Position numbers and translations under genes: made by a program. Positions 42,921-56,227 of a stretch of 64,000 bases of DNA are shown piece by piece. How positions within the stretch are numbered: position 1 is the first letter of the stretch; each line of letters opens with the position of its first letter. The DNA comes from the human T2T-CHM13v2.0 reference genome, Homo sapiens. The notes under the pieces are model-generated. The model made no database searches. It saw only the letters and a list, made by a program, of their open reading frames with translations, and was not told the origin of the DNA. Where the stretch lies: assembly GCF_009914755.1 (NCBI RefSeq), contig NC_060927.1; one strand, given 5' to 3'.

Positions 42921-43094
42921 AGTGATCAAATAAATCTACCTGGAAAAGCTGAGCAAAAGTAACCCTGAGGGGAATTAAGGTGGGTCTTGGAGAATAAGTA
43001 GGTGTTCTGTAGAGAAGGACTCAAAGAATAATACACACAAAGGAAGCAGCATATATGAGGGCACAGAAGGCACAAAAGAGTCTGTTGTATCTGG

Positions 43095-43283
43095 TAAGGT
43101 AATCAACATGTCCCTGTCTACCTGGAAATTTCCAGTTTTAGCCCTGGAAGTCCTACATCCTGAGAACAACTCTTCTTGTTTCTGGCAGATATAGTTTGCC
43201 TGGAACTGTATCTATTTTAAACGGAAGTTCCACATCCCAAGACCCCCTTAGTCTTGGACAAACTTGGGTGGTTGGTCACTCTA
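43095..43283. mobile_element. MER81-like hAT-Blackjack MITE with internal duplication, inside an L2
   Basis: TIRs taaggtaatcaac / gttggtcactcta; two related internal blocks (cctggaaatttccagttttag..gaagtcctacatcc and cctggaactgtatctatttta..gaagttccacatcc). Confidence 0.6.
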
Positions 43284-44096
43284 TGTTGGGGGAATTATGA
43301 GCAAGGTTTATGAAGCAAATTGGCTGGAGATAAAATAGGAAAGACTGGCTGAAACTAATTGCAAAGGACTTTTCATGCACCCTAGTTTGAAGTAGAGAAA
43401 AAAATCTGTAGTGTTCCTTTGCCATATTGCAAAGTAAGTTAGTAGGATGTTATTCTATGGAGGGTAGAGGAACTTCGTGTTAATCATACAAATGCCATGG
43501 ACCTTTCACAACTTGACCTGTTTCAGGAAGTTCGTGGAACTTGAGGGCTATGTAGCATTGGGAGCAGCAGAAAGTTCCAGGCCAACACTTCTGACTCAGA
43601 GACACTGATCTCTGGGGTCAAGGGTCAGCACTCTGCTGGGCACATCACAATGCCCCCAAAATACTAGTTGATTCTTGGTTAACAAGCTTCCCTTAGTAAG
43701 TGGAATGGCCTCTTCATCTTCAACTATCCTCTCTGCATACCTTCCTCTAAAAGTTGTATCTCTTTTTTCTACCTTTTCATGCCTTCATTTCCAATTGCCA
43801 ACCAGGGGCTTCAAACCCACCATACCTACCACTTAACTGCTCACCTTCCCCCAACATTACCTCTTCCACCTACTGCTTTCTGTCTGTTGAGGACGCTGCC
43901 ATTCTCCAGCCACCCACCCTCATGCTGTGGAATACACTGCAGCCACTGAAAACAAGTGGCTGAAGAAAACAAAGTTGCAAACAATGGATATTTAGAATGA
44001 TCTCATATTCATATAGATTACATATAAGTACTTTCAGATATATATAAACACAAATATACAGGAAAAATTATCCGGAAGTATATATACCAGACTCTT

Positions 44097-44205
44097 TTTT
44101 TTTTCTTTTTTTTGAGACAGAGTCTCACTCTGTCGCCCAGGCTGGAGTGCAGTGGTGCAATCTTGGCTCACTGCAACCTCCGCCTCCCTGGTTCAAGCAG
44201 TTCTC
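44097..44205 (-). mobile_element. Severely 5'-truncated Alu (3' end of right arm only)
   Basis: T tract followed by gagacagagtctcactctgtcgcccaggctgg...gttctc. TSD-like tataccaRacYctt at 44083-44096 and 44208-44221. Confidence 0.9.
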
Positions 44206-44447
44206 GGTATACCAAACCCTTAACAGTTACTATTTTGAGAGTGTCTGATGGGAAACGGAAGGGGGGTCCTTTTACTTTTTGCTTTATATACATCTCTGTT
44301 TAAATTTTTAAAGAATAAGCATATGTAACTATTTTCCAAGCAAAGATAATACACGTTCATTGTGGAAAAATTAAATTGATAGTAGATGATCATTACAGAA
44401 AACTTAAATTGCAGATAAACATAAAGAGCAATATAAAACCATCTGAA

Positions 44448-44757
44448 GGCTGGGCATGATGGCTCATGCCTGTAATCCTAGCACTTTGAAAGGCCGAGGT
44501 GGGCGGATCACCTGAGATCAGGGGTTCGAGTCTGGCCTGGACAACATGGTGAAACCCCATCTCTACTAAAAATACAAAAATTATTTGGGCATAGTGGTGC
44601 GCACCTGTAATCCTAGCTACTTGGGAGGCTGAGGCAGGAAAATCACTTGAATCCAGGAGGCGAGGTTGCAGTGAGCTGAGATCGCACCATCACACTCCAG
44701 CCTGTGCAACAGAGCAAGACTCCATCTCAAAAAAATAAAAAATAAAAAATAATAAAA
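44448..44757 (+). mobile_element. AluS (Sx/Sz-like), full length
   Basis: Perfect 15-bp TSD ataaaaccatctgaa at 44433-44447 and 44758-44772. Confidence 0.96.
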
Positions 44758-44949
44758 ATAAAACCATCTGAAATGTCACCACCAGAGGTACCATTGTTAG
44801 CAGTGTGGGGAACGGCCTGCCAGTCCTCTCTCTGGGCACCATTGCTGATGGAGATACAAAGATTGACCGAAGAGATCTCCCCAACCTGCCCTGCGTCCTC
44901 CTCACTGACTGTGACCCTTAGCAAGTTGCAAAGCCCTCCCATTTGCTTT

Positions 44950-45215
44950 GGCATTTGCAGGACCTCTGGTATCTCTCAGTCTATTTTCATTACCATCACT
45001 CTTGTCAAGTCTCTCATTATTTCTCTCCTGCTCTTTGGCAGTCGCCTCCTACCTGGCTCTGACTTTTCTCTCTCCCTCCTTGCAACCAATCACCTCACAG
45101 CCTCCAGATTAATCATCCTAAAGTCTAGCTCTGATCATGTTATTTCCTTGTTCAGAAACCTTCAGTGGCTCCCCATTGCCTATAAAAAGTGCCAAACTCC
45201 ATGATCTGAACTAAA
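44950..45215 (+). mobile_element. L2 fragment
   Basis: tctgatcatgttatttccttgttcagaaaccttcagtggctccccattgcctat is a classic L2 motif. Confidence 0.75.
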
Positions 45216-45349
45216 ACTAAACTTTTCATTGTTCCCTCGGGAACTTTTCTTCCCCTCAGTTCTTGTTCATATTATTTTCTCCAAGAGAAACACCATTTTA
45301 TCCAAGCATTTCCATCTATTAAAATTCCTCTTTTTTAGATAATTTAACA

Positions 45350-45900
45350 GGTATGAGAAGACATTTGCACAAGAATGAAATGTTCATTACTGTCAAGTCT
45401 ATGATAGGGGAAAATTAAAGCCAACTTAAATGTTTACCAGAAAGCAACTAATTAGGTAAGTATGGTACATGCAGTTGTTCAATGGAATACAGTTCAGCTG
45501 TTAAAATGACATATATGTGTACATATATATACATTGTATTTATTATATAGACACGGAAAGTCTATAGAATATTGTCAATCAATATTATATAGACATGGGG
45601 AAAGTCTGTAGAATATTGTCAATCTCTATATATAGTATATACATACTATATATACAGTATATAGTTCATAGCATATATATACACATTGCATTTATTATAT
45701 AGACATGGGGAAAAGTCTATAGAATATTGTCAATTCAAACAGTAGGTTTTGTAATTTTTTTGTAAATATGTTTTAAAAGTGCATGTATTTGCAGAGCTTT
45801 TGGGAAAGATATCATCAAATTATAATAGAGGCAAATTTTAGGTAGTAGAATTTAGTTGATATTTACTTTGTTTTTAGTATTTTCTATTTAATTTGAATTT
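45350..45900 (+). mobile_element. Old L1ME 3' remnant containing a local triplication
   Basis: aagtatggtacat...aatggaatac..ttcagctgttaaaa...agacatgg..aaag...atattgt pattern. Confidence 0.5.
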
Positions 45901-47835
45901 ATTTAAACACAGCCACAATGATAGATGTTACCATTTATTGTGGGCTACTTGCCAAGTACTCTGTTTGATGTTTTACCTATGGTAATTCATTTAGTTCTGA
46001 GGGTCAGGGAAGTGAAGAAGTGTTCCCAGGGTCATACCACTAGTGAGAGGCAGAGATGGGATTCAAACCTGTTTTTCTGATTCCAAAGCACCTCTTAGGC
46101 ATTATGTTACATAATACTGAAGTATCATTTTTCCAAAAATACAAGCTAATAAAATATGTTCTGTCAGTCTTACACAGCTGCACTTAATTGCTCTTCTCCC
46201 CAAAACCTTCCCTTGTCCCCATATCCCCAAGTATGACAACCATGGAAGAGAACAGAATGAGATATATATATATATATAAGATAGACACACATAGCACAAA
46301 TAAAGGTTCTTAAAATATAAACAGAATTATTTTACATATTACATTATTCTGTGAATTGGTTTACATTTAAAATGTACATCCTATACGTCTTTCCTTTTCT
46401 GTACATATTGATCATGCTCAATGTATTTGACAGTTTCATAATAATCTATTGTATGGATGTGCTATCATCATTTAACCAGTCCCCCATGGATGATCATTTA
46501 TGTCATTTGTATATTTTGCTATTATAAACAATACCAGAATGAACATCTTTGTCTAACTCTATGTCTGTTCACATGTGAGACTGTCTTTTGCAAGATAGAT
46601 TTCCAGAAATAGAATTACTAGGTCAAAAAAACATAGGCCTTTTCCTGTATCAGAATTTCTGAAAATTTTAGCAGCAGTGAGAGAATATGATTCAGGAACC
46701 AGCTGCTTATATTCTTTTGTGGCCTCGTTTCCTACTCACAGCCTCACCAGCACTGGCAACTGTCTGCACATTTGTATCCAACATCTCCAAATTGATTTGT
46801 AGAAAAAGGTAACTGGGGTATGAATTGTGTGAGTTCTGGTGAGCTCTTGGCCAACAAGTTGCTATGCACCCTTGCACAATAAATGATGCCACAGGTGACA
46901 TTTCTTTTTCTGTAAAATCAGACTTTTCTAGATCTGGCACTAAATGTTTCTTAACTCTAAAGATAAGGATTACATTTTGGTCCTCTGACTTCTTAGATTT
47001 TGAAAAATGTATACATACTGTAAAGGGTTATCTTGCCTCATTGAAGGTTCAAATGGTATGGTGATAAGACCATATTAAAAGCATTTATAAAAGGTTCATG
47101 GTAAAGAGTTCATTATGGTTCATTAAATCCCTTCATGCTTTTATCCACTTTAGTTACTGTATTTCCTGTAAATGGGATTTATGCCAGGGCCACGTTAACA
47201 CCATTTCACATTCTGCTGTGCTATTACCCACGGAGCTTGAATCAATTGAATGAAAGAGGTCTTTTCAAGTGTATTGATTTTCATTTATCCAAACTCATCT
47301 GTTTGCTTTGCCGCATGCTCATACATGAGAACAGGGCACAGCTAATCTTCTCTATGGTGTTGCTTTTTCCTCTAAGCATTTAATACTAGAATAGACATAT
47401 GACAGATATTGGTATAAAAATTGCAGAATATTCACTAGAACTACAGTTTTTTATGGGTGATATAAGGGTCTGGATCTCGTTCTCATGTCAGAAAGAATGT
47501 AGCCTAAAGCAAGACATTATAGCCTTCCTTCCTGCATGAAAGCAGTCACCTCCTACTCTTCCAGCCCCCAGAGAGCTCAGTTCAGGGATGCTGTCCTCCT
47601 CTCCACAAGTAAAGGAGTGTTGCCTATACAGTAGTTCTTCTAAGAAGTGCAAATTTTTGCTCACTGTCAGGGAGCTAAGTTTTCTACTGCTGCTTTCTAC
47701 AGAAATACTCCTTATTTTTTTGGCCAGGTATCAAACTGAAAATCTGAACAAAAGGAAGTATCCAATAGGGAAAATAATACTTTTAATGTGCATTGTAATG
47801 CTCTTGTTCTACATTCCTAGCTTAATGTGTATGAT

Positions 47836-47912
47836 TGTGTGTGTGTGTGTGTGTGTGTTTGTGTGCGTGTGTGTGTGTGTGGAAATTAGAGAGAAAGAGA
47901 GAGAAAGAGAGA
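47836..47912. repeat. Imperfect (TG)n plus (AG)-rich microsatellite
   Basis: Read directly. Confidence 0.9.
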
Positions 47913-48740
47913 CCATTTATTTTAATCTACAGTTAGAATTTTGAGATGAAAGCGTTTTAACAATTTTTATTGAATTGTTGTGTTAGTCACTGGATAATAT
48001 GTGGCTATGTGGTGGAGGATTAAATGATATGTTCTAGGCTTCTAGTAAATAGATCTTGACTTCTGCTCAGGTAAATACTGAAATATATTTACCTGGGGGA
48101 TAAATACTGACTAAGGCAAAGCAAAGGTCAGTATTTCCTTTGAGTTGCAATAAATATTTCTATACACTTAAACATTGATTTTATGTTATAGCTAATGATC
48201 AAACATTATCCAAAGCCACAGCAGAAAATATTACTATCAAGCTAATTCTAAGGCATCTTTCTTTTATGCATAATGCTACAAAGGATAATCACTTTTGGCT
48301 TAATTAAGATCTTGGCCTAAATGTTGGCTCAGCCTGAGTCCTTATTGTGAAATAGAAGATGAATAGATTCATTTATGAAAAGCTCAAAGTACATAAATAT
48401 AACAAACATTAAGCATTATTGACTTAAATAAAATGAACAATTAACAAAAGTTTGAATACGATCCTACTGAGTGAATGAGCTAATTATTTTTCCTCCTACA
48501 CATTTATGTCATGGGCTATGTTACACAATTTTTGAGAAATAATTCATAGAAAGGATTTTTTTGAAAAAAAATTTCTTTCAAAGGAGAACTATATCATAGT
48601 AACTATAAAACATTTGAGTATCATTTAGCTAGGGGGTAAGAAGTATAGAAATGTATCTTCAAGAAGATTACAATTTAATTGGGGAGAAGAGCAGATACAT
48701 GCAAATACAGAATTGTGTAGTTGTTAAAAACATGAGACTT

Positions 48741-48853
48741 TGTAGTCCCAGCTACCTGGGACTACAGGGGAGGTGGGAAGATCATGATTGTGCTACTGCA
48801 CTGCAGACTGGGTGACAGAGACAGACCCTGTCTCAAGAAAGAAAGAAAAAAAA
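48741..48853 (+). mobile_element. Rearranged AluJ/FRAM right-arm fragment inserted in a MIR
   Basis: tgtagtcccagctac...actgcactgcagactgggtgacagag..agaccctgtctc and A-rich tail; flanking aacatgaga at 48729-48737 and 48855-48863; the MIR continues to about 49050. Confidence 0.85.
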
Positions 48854-51237
48854 GAACATGAGATTTGGAATTTTAATGAGTATGAATTCTAGCTCTGGCA
48901 CTATGACTTCTGACAATGTTTTCTGAGCCTTGGTTTCCGAATGTGTACAAAGGGGATAATAGAATTGATTTCATAGGGTAACAGTAAGAACTAAAGGTCT
49001 GGAAAGCCCTGAAAAGGTACCTATCAAAAGGAGAACACTCCATAAGTGGTAGCTGTTTTGATGATGTATTGCTACCGTGACAGATGAAAATTCTTTTATG
49101 GAGGTAACTCAAGGAAGTACATATGACTGCATTTGGAATGAAGCACTATTTTTAGCTTAATTCCAGAGAAAAGAGCTCTTACAATTGTATTTCATGGTTT
49201 GTCAACACTTCAAAAAAATGGTGTGGGATTTGAACTAGAGGCTGACTGAGGAATAGGGTTTTATTAGTTGTAAAAGAGGAGTGATGAGCATTACAACTGC
49301 CAATAAAAGAGCAGTCATCTGTTCAGCCTGGGCCTGAGCGCATCCTCCTTCTAAATATTCTCTCCTAGGTTAATACCAACATTAGCTCCAAGTTTTAAAA
49401 GTATCTTTTCAACTATTTCTTCTGGGTCTCCTTTGTTTCTTCCTGTTTTGTTTTAGTCCCCCCAAATGAAAAACCACTTTCAATAATAAATAAACAACAT
49501 TAAAAATAAAATAAGAAAAATGAACATAACAAAAAATATCACTTTCCTGTTAATATAAAACCTCCTGTTAATACTTTGCTGAAGGTCCTTAAAAGCCGTT
49601 CTGTACCTCTATCTCTGTGTGTGTCTCTCTCTGCACATACACACACACACTTGTCTAATCTCATTTCTTCCCTCAAAAATATGCAATATGCCATAAATAT
49701 CTTTTCACACCAAAGAAAAACTTCATTATATTTAAATGAGTATATCACATTTGATTGCATATACATATAACAATTTAATAAACTCTTTAGTGGGCGTTTT
49801 AGTTGTTTCCAGTTTTTTTCTATTAGGAAAAAAGTGCTATAGTGCTACAGTGAGCATCCTTGTACATTCATTTTGGCCCACTTACATGATTATGGTTATC
49901 CCCTTAAGAAAAATAACTAGAAATAGAATAGAGGAACCAAAAGCACATTTACAATTTTGGTATTTAGAACCAGAAATGAGAAGTAAAATCACCACATTTT
50001 AATCTTAGAAGACTTAAAAAAAAAAATAAAAAGAACTGGCCAGTCTTAACTTTCATGAATAAATAAAACAGCCAGTCTTTTAAAATTAATGTTTGAAACC
50101 AAAGCATGAAAAATAGGAGTACATAATTAGAAATAGTTATTTTGTGTAATTCTATATAAAGCAATGTCTTAACAATAGAAAAAAAGAGAGAAAAAATGAT
50201 CAAATTGAGGTGTTTTTATTGTATAAAGTCTTGCCAATTAAACTAACCAAACCTTTTAATTTAAATGTCTAACTACACAATTAAATTAATTGATTTTCCA
50301 GCACAATTGTCTGACATTTTGATGAGTTATTATGGAATGTTGAACTAAATTGAGTGATTGTAAATATCTTGTAGAGAGGACCTGTGAACTAGTACTAATT
50401 TAATCCCTTCTATGCAATTCTCCTTTCCTCTCATTTCTTCTTAGAATATATAGAGTAATTTACTTTCATTTAATCATGGGTTGTCTTGTTTTCACATTTG
50501 CATATAAAGCCTCCAGTCAATGTGACCTGATTGATTGTTCCAAGTGCGGCTTCTTGATTTCTTGACCTGTTAGTGCTAGTTAATTTTGGAAAATTTGGTT
50601 TATTTGTCAAAGTCTATATTATTTTCTTGATGTAATTCTCAGATTTATCATAGTAGGCTGGATTTAATGATTCTGTCCTGTTGAATATGTGTCTGTGTAT
50701 AACAGACTAATTTTTGAACCTTGTAATTTCCTTAAATCATTGTAAAATTTTAGAACTAGAAAAATTATGGTTCATTATTTCCCAAAGTTTAGCCCTCAAG
50801 GTATATATGTCCCCAGATAATAATGTCGTATGTGTTATCCAAAAATAAATATATAAGTGAGCAGACATAAGTAAATTTGGGAAATAGATAAACAGCAGGT
50901 TTTTCTACTGAAGGACTTTCACAAACCTGTATGTGCCAAAATCCTATATGACATGCAACCATTCACAGAGTGATTTGACCTCACAATTAATTTTTATAAA
51001 GTACTCATTAAAACGGTATTATTTGTGTCACTAGTTAGATAAGCACATATTTAATCCAATCTCCTCATTTTACATATGAGTGAACATTCAGAAAGATTAA
51101 ACAATGTCAATATTCTAAAGAAAAATAAACTATTTTAAAATAAAATAATAAAATAAAATTATTCTAAATTGGCTTCATGGTATGTTATTGCATGTTGAAT
51201 ATGAACTGCCAATCAATAGGGAAATCACGAGTGTTTT

Positions 51238-51583
<346 letters not shown>

Positions 51584-52229
51584 AATCACAAGTATTTTTA
51601 TTAAGGAAACAGAATTATCAACAACTGTGGTCTACTCATTCACACACAAGACCAATTTTAGGACTTTGCAACCCCTGGGAGCTAACATTATTGGAAAGAC
51701 ATTTAATATTAAGCCAAAATGTGAAAATATAAAGTATTACCTACATAAAACACAAATAAGAAGGTGAAAGAGGTGAATTTTAAATCCCATGTGTTTTTAA
51801 GTAATGATGGAGTATGGCATAATAGAAAAAGTAACCTGGATTGGAATTCTAGTGCTGACACCGCCAAGCTAAAACTAGGGCTTCATCCTAATTTAAGCAT
51901 AATTATTAGCTGAATTCAGAGTGAAATTGGGAAATTTCTTAAATATTCTCTGAGCTTCCATTTCATAGGAGTACAATAATACTCTCCTGAGAAGGTAGCT
52001 GTGAGAATATAATGAGATAGTTAATATCAAAAAATGGATAGTACTCATTCAACAAGTATTCATTTATTTCCTTTCTTGGGGACAGAAATGTGCAGGAGCA
52101 GGCGGGCCTTGGTGGAAGACCACCATGAGCACTGGGGAACAGGGATATTGGGGAGAACGGCATCTTTAAAAAGCTAGAACTTTTATCAAACAATTTTCTC
52201 TCCCTCAGACCAATCCTGAAAAAAACTTC

Positions 52230-54780
52230 TACATGAGTCCCTGATGAGTTATTTCATTTATTCAAAGAACTAGTGATTGTTACTTTTATCATAAACAGTT
52301 CCAGAACAAATCACATGAAAAAGCTACCCAGTACAAACTATGAAGCAAATATAACTAGATAACCCAAAGATGTATCACAAAAAGTCAATTCCCCTTGTTA
52401 ATATAAATGTTAAAATGTTAAATACTAGCCATGAGAATTCAACAATGTTCATTAAATAATAATGAACATAACCAAGTATGTTTCATTCTAGTAATGCAAA
52501 GATAGTTCAATGCAATGAAACATTTATATATAATACTTCACCAGCTTGTTAGACATGAAAACCCACATGATTATCAATAGATGTAAAAAATGATTTTGAT
52601 AAAATTTAACACCAGTCTTCCTAAAAACACTAAAAATAATAAAAAGATGCTTAACTTAAATGGTGTTATTACAAACTACCAGATAATATTATATTTCATC
52701 ATGAACTACTGGTATCATTTTTACTAAAATCAGAAACAAAACAAAAATGATATGGTCATCATTATTGCATTGAACATAATTTCCAAAGTAATATTAAATC
52801 AAAGACATGAAACATAAATAGTTTTATACATGGAGAAGAAGAGAGACGTGGCATGACTGTATACACAGACAGTCAAAGGTATAAGAAAAAAACCATCTGG
52901 CATAACAAATGATTCAGACAAATAGCTGAATGCAAGATGAATACACAAAAATCTGCTATTTCTGTATTCTATACTGTTTTAGAATATCATTTAAAAAGAT
53001 TTTGTTCACATTAACAACAGAGCTATAATGGGCCCAGTAATAATCTCACATTGAAAATATATGTCCTATTTGAAGAAAACTGTACAGGCACACACACATA
53101 TACACACATGATAAAATAAAAGAACCATGAATGATTTATTTTCCAGGTTAAGAAGACTAAAATACCAAACCATGTCCTTTCCTTTCCTCTCAAATCTGTC
53201 TGTCTGTCTACACAGAACACAGGGCACAAATGTCTGTAGCAACATTATTTCATCAACTGTCGAACCAAAACACAAACATTGGTACATCCACAAACTGCGA
53301 CTACTACTCATCAATAAAAAGGAATGAAGTATTGATATATATATATATAATGACATGGATGAATTTCAATTCATATCTTCAATACTAAGATGAAGAAACC
53401 AGACTCAAAAGACTATCTCATGTATGATTCCATTTATATGACATGCTGGAAAAGGCAAAGGTAGAGGGGGAGAAAATCAAACCAGTGGTTGCCTGAGTTG
53501 GAGGAGAGGGGAAAAAATTGCTACAAAAGAGCATAAGAGAATATTTTGGGGATGGTGGTGGTTATATGATTCTGTAAGTTTGTCCTAATTTATAGAAGGG
53601 TAAATTTTACTGTGTGTGTATTATATCTAAATGAACAATAAAACAACACACACACACCCCTAAAAATAAAAAGTGAACCATTAAAAGTCCATCCTGGAAA
53701 GGAGTTGTTTGCCTTTAGTCCTACAAGAGATTTAAATGTATTTCAAAGCAAAAGAAATAAAGCAGTGGCTTATTTACAAGAGGATAAACAGATCACTGGA
53801 AGAGAAGATGTGAGCACAAAATCAACCTCATTCTACATGATAATTGAATATGCAGTAAAAAGCGGCCTAACCAAAATGAGGAAGAGAAAGATTCTTCAGT
53901 AAATTGTCATAGAATACTAACTAATGAACAGCTTTTCCATTTAGATTTATAACTCACACCATAAAATAAAATAAATTACATATCAACTTTAGATAATCAG
54001 TATCAAATCTTTAAAATTAAATCATTTGCCAGGACTCTAATAAATTTAGAAATATTATAAATAAATGACAAAAATAAATCCAACCATCTAAAATATACAT
54101 TACCATACAAATAAAATCCACAGAGAAATAAAAACAATGAGAAGATGATATTCCCAGTAAAAACTGCAAAAAGAGCTATGTTTATTATTGTACAATGCAA
54201 TGTAATTAACAAGAAAACATTAAAACTCTGTAATATACTAATTGGGCAAAGGACTTAATCTCACCAGCCATAAAGAAGTAAACGTAACTAGTGGAACATA
54301 AAGAAGTAAATGTAACTAGTGGAAATCAACTTATGGAACCATTTTAATATGGTAAATATTAAGATGCATGTTATTTTTAATCACAGCATGCTATCCTGTT
54401 ATGTGTACTGTGACACTGATGAGCTCTTCTCTTGTTGCTGATAGTAAAAAATTGAACATTTAGAAAGACATATATGCAGTATAAAAGTATTCCCTTCTCT
54501 GGTCATTTTTTTACCTTTATTATTTCAAATAAAGAAAGACAATATTTACATGAAGATATTCATTGAAACCTTATAGCAGTGGGAAAGTGAAATCAACTTG
54601 AATGTTAACTCTTGTACTGGATAGAATAGTATGCAGTCATTACTATTTTAATTATACAAACTATAAAACAGCATGGGAAGAAATTGTTATGATCTTAAAT
54701 GAAACAAGCATAATACAAAATTGTATGCATATTATCTATTCAACTGTGTTTTTAAAGAGTTGTGTGTAGAGAAAAAGACA
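52230..54780 (+). mobile_element. Cluster of ancient L1M/L1ME fragments (ORF2 RT remnant and 3' ends)
   Basis: taaatactagc..gaattcaacaa...accaagt..gtttcattctag.aatgcaa.gatagttcaa and aacccacatgattatcaatagatg (RT region); tgtatgattccatttatatgacat..tggaaaaggcaaa (3' end, about 53200-53645). Confidence 0.65.
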
Positions 54781-54799
54781 GAAGATACTATTTAAGGAC

Positions 54800-54965
54800 A
54801 ACAGTAAATGCTCATACAGCTCACACTGTGCCGCGGGCTGTCCTAAGACCCTGTTGTGTGATAGCTCATTAAATATCGAATACTCACAACCTCACAACTT
54901 CCATTTTGTCAATTAGGAATTTGAGCTACAGAGAGGTTAAGTAACTTGCCCAAGGTCACACAGTG
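54800..54965 (-). mobile_element. MIR
   Basis: cagagaggttaagtaacttgcccaaggtcacacag core. Confidence 0.8.
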
Positions 54966-56195
54966 CAATTGCTGGTATTTACATGCAGCAGCCTTTTACC
55001 TCTTATGCTATATTGCCTGAGTCGGCTGTGCTCCCTGAATCAGAGAAGCTGATGTAATTATGTTAAGCTGTGGTTGTGTTACTACAACCTGTGACTTATT
55101 TTCCAATCTTTCTGTAATATTCTTATTTAAATACACACTTCAAAAATGTTTAAGTAGAAGACATTTAGAGGCCCTCGGCGGAGGGATAAAAAGTATGAAG
55201 CACAGTGAAGGAATCACAACTACCCATCTATGCCAAAGGAAATTGGCCCATGTGCTGCCCAGAGGCTGTAAAACTTAAGGAGCCACCAGTACCGACCTGA
55301 CCAGCTGAGAAGCTAATGGGTGTGCTGTATGAGTGTATGTGGGGTGAGGGAACCGGAAGGGCTTCCTGTAGTTAAGATTCAGTGGAAGAATCACATATGT
55401 GGAGTCACACAGTGGGTTGTGATGCAGTTGAGTCAAATGTTTGTTCTCTAATTCACCTGGGCTCATCTATACCAACACATTAGGTAGCAAGGACCCTGAT
55501 TTACTAGTCCCAGTGAGTGATCATTATTTTGCATTATATAGAAAAATAAAAAGAATGCTGGATGTGTTTCTGTTTTGTCAATGAACTCAGTTTAAAAAAA
55601 GTACAGACTGCCCAGATCCATATGAAACAGTTATAACAGTTGTATGCAAAGCTATATAGCTATAGGCTAAATTACTTATTAAAGTCCATTGGAACAATAT
55701 TGACTTAAAAAGTTGTATAATTTATCTATAGTTTTGGAAACAGAAGAGACAATTTACTGTCAATGCTTTAGGCTGCAATTGGGGAAAATAAAAATTATAA
55801 AATAGCCCATATTTTTAAAAATATCACTATGGGAAAAAAAAGCATTGACTCTGTTACTTTGTCATCTAAATGTAACGCATGTTTCTTATTTGGCAGAAAA
55901 GCCAGCAATTCCTGTAATAAAAGTTACCCTAGAGGATATGTAGGAATAAGCTTAGAAAAATGTGAATAAAAGAAATCATAAAGAATTACTTGGAGCTATA
56001 GTTGTTGATCATGAGGATTATATTTGACAGGAAAATATATCCTTTGGGAAATCCTATTAATTCTTAAAAGAAAATTTGCTACACCCTGTACAATTGTTGC
56101 AGAATGTCTGATGCTAAAACCTATTTTTATTGAATTTGGGCAAGAAGGGTTTCTAATGCCCTGAAATCTACCCTACAGGAAATGTAACTACGAAA

Positions 56196-56227
<32 letters not shown>

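Noticed and set aside
44773-45204. 143-aa ORF
   Set aside because: It runs through MIR/L2 relic sequence and shows no recognisable domain or exon structure.
45339-45350. 12-nt microexon (ttttttag|ATAATTTAACAG|gtatga)
   Set aside because: It sits at the edge of an L1 remnant, has stops in two frames, lacks an upstream UGC-type microexon enhancer, and no host gene is evident.
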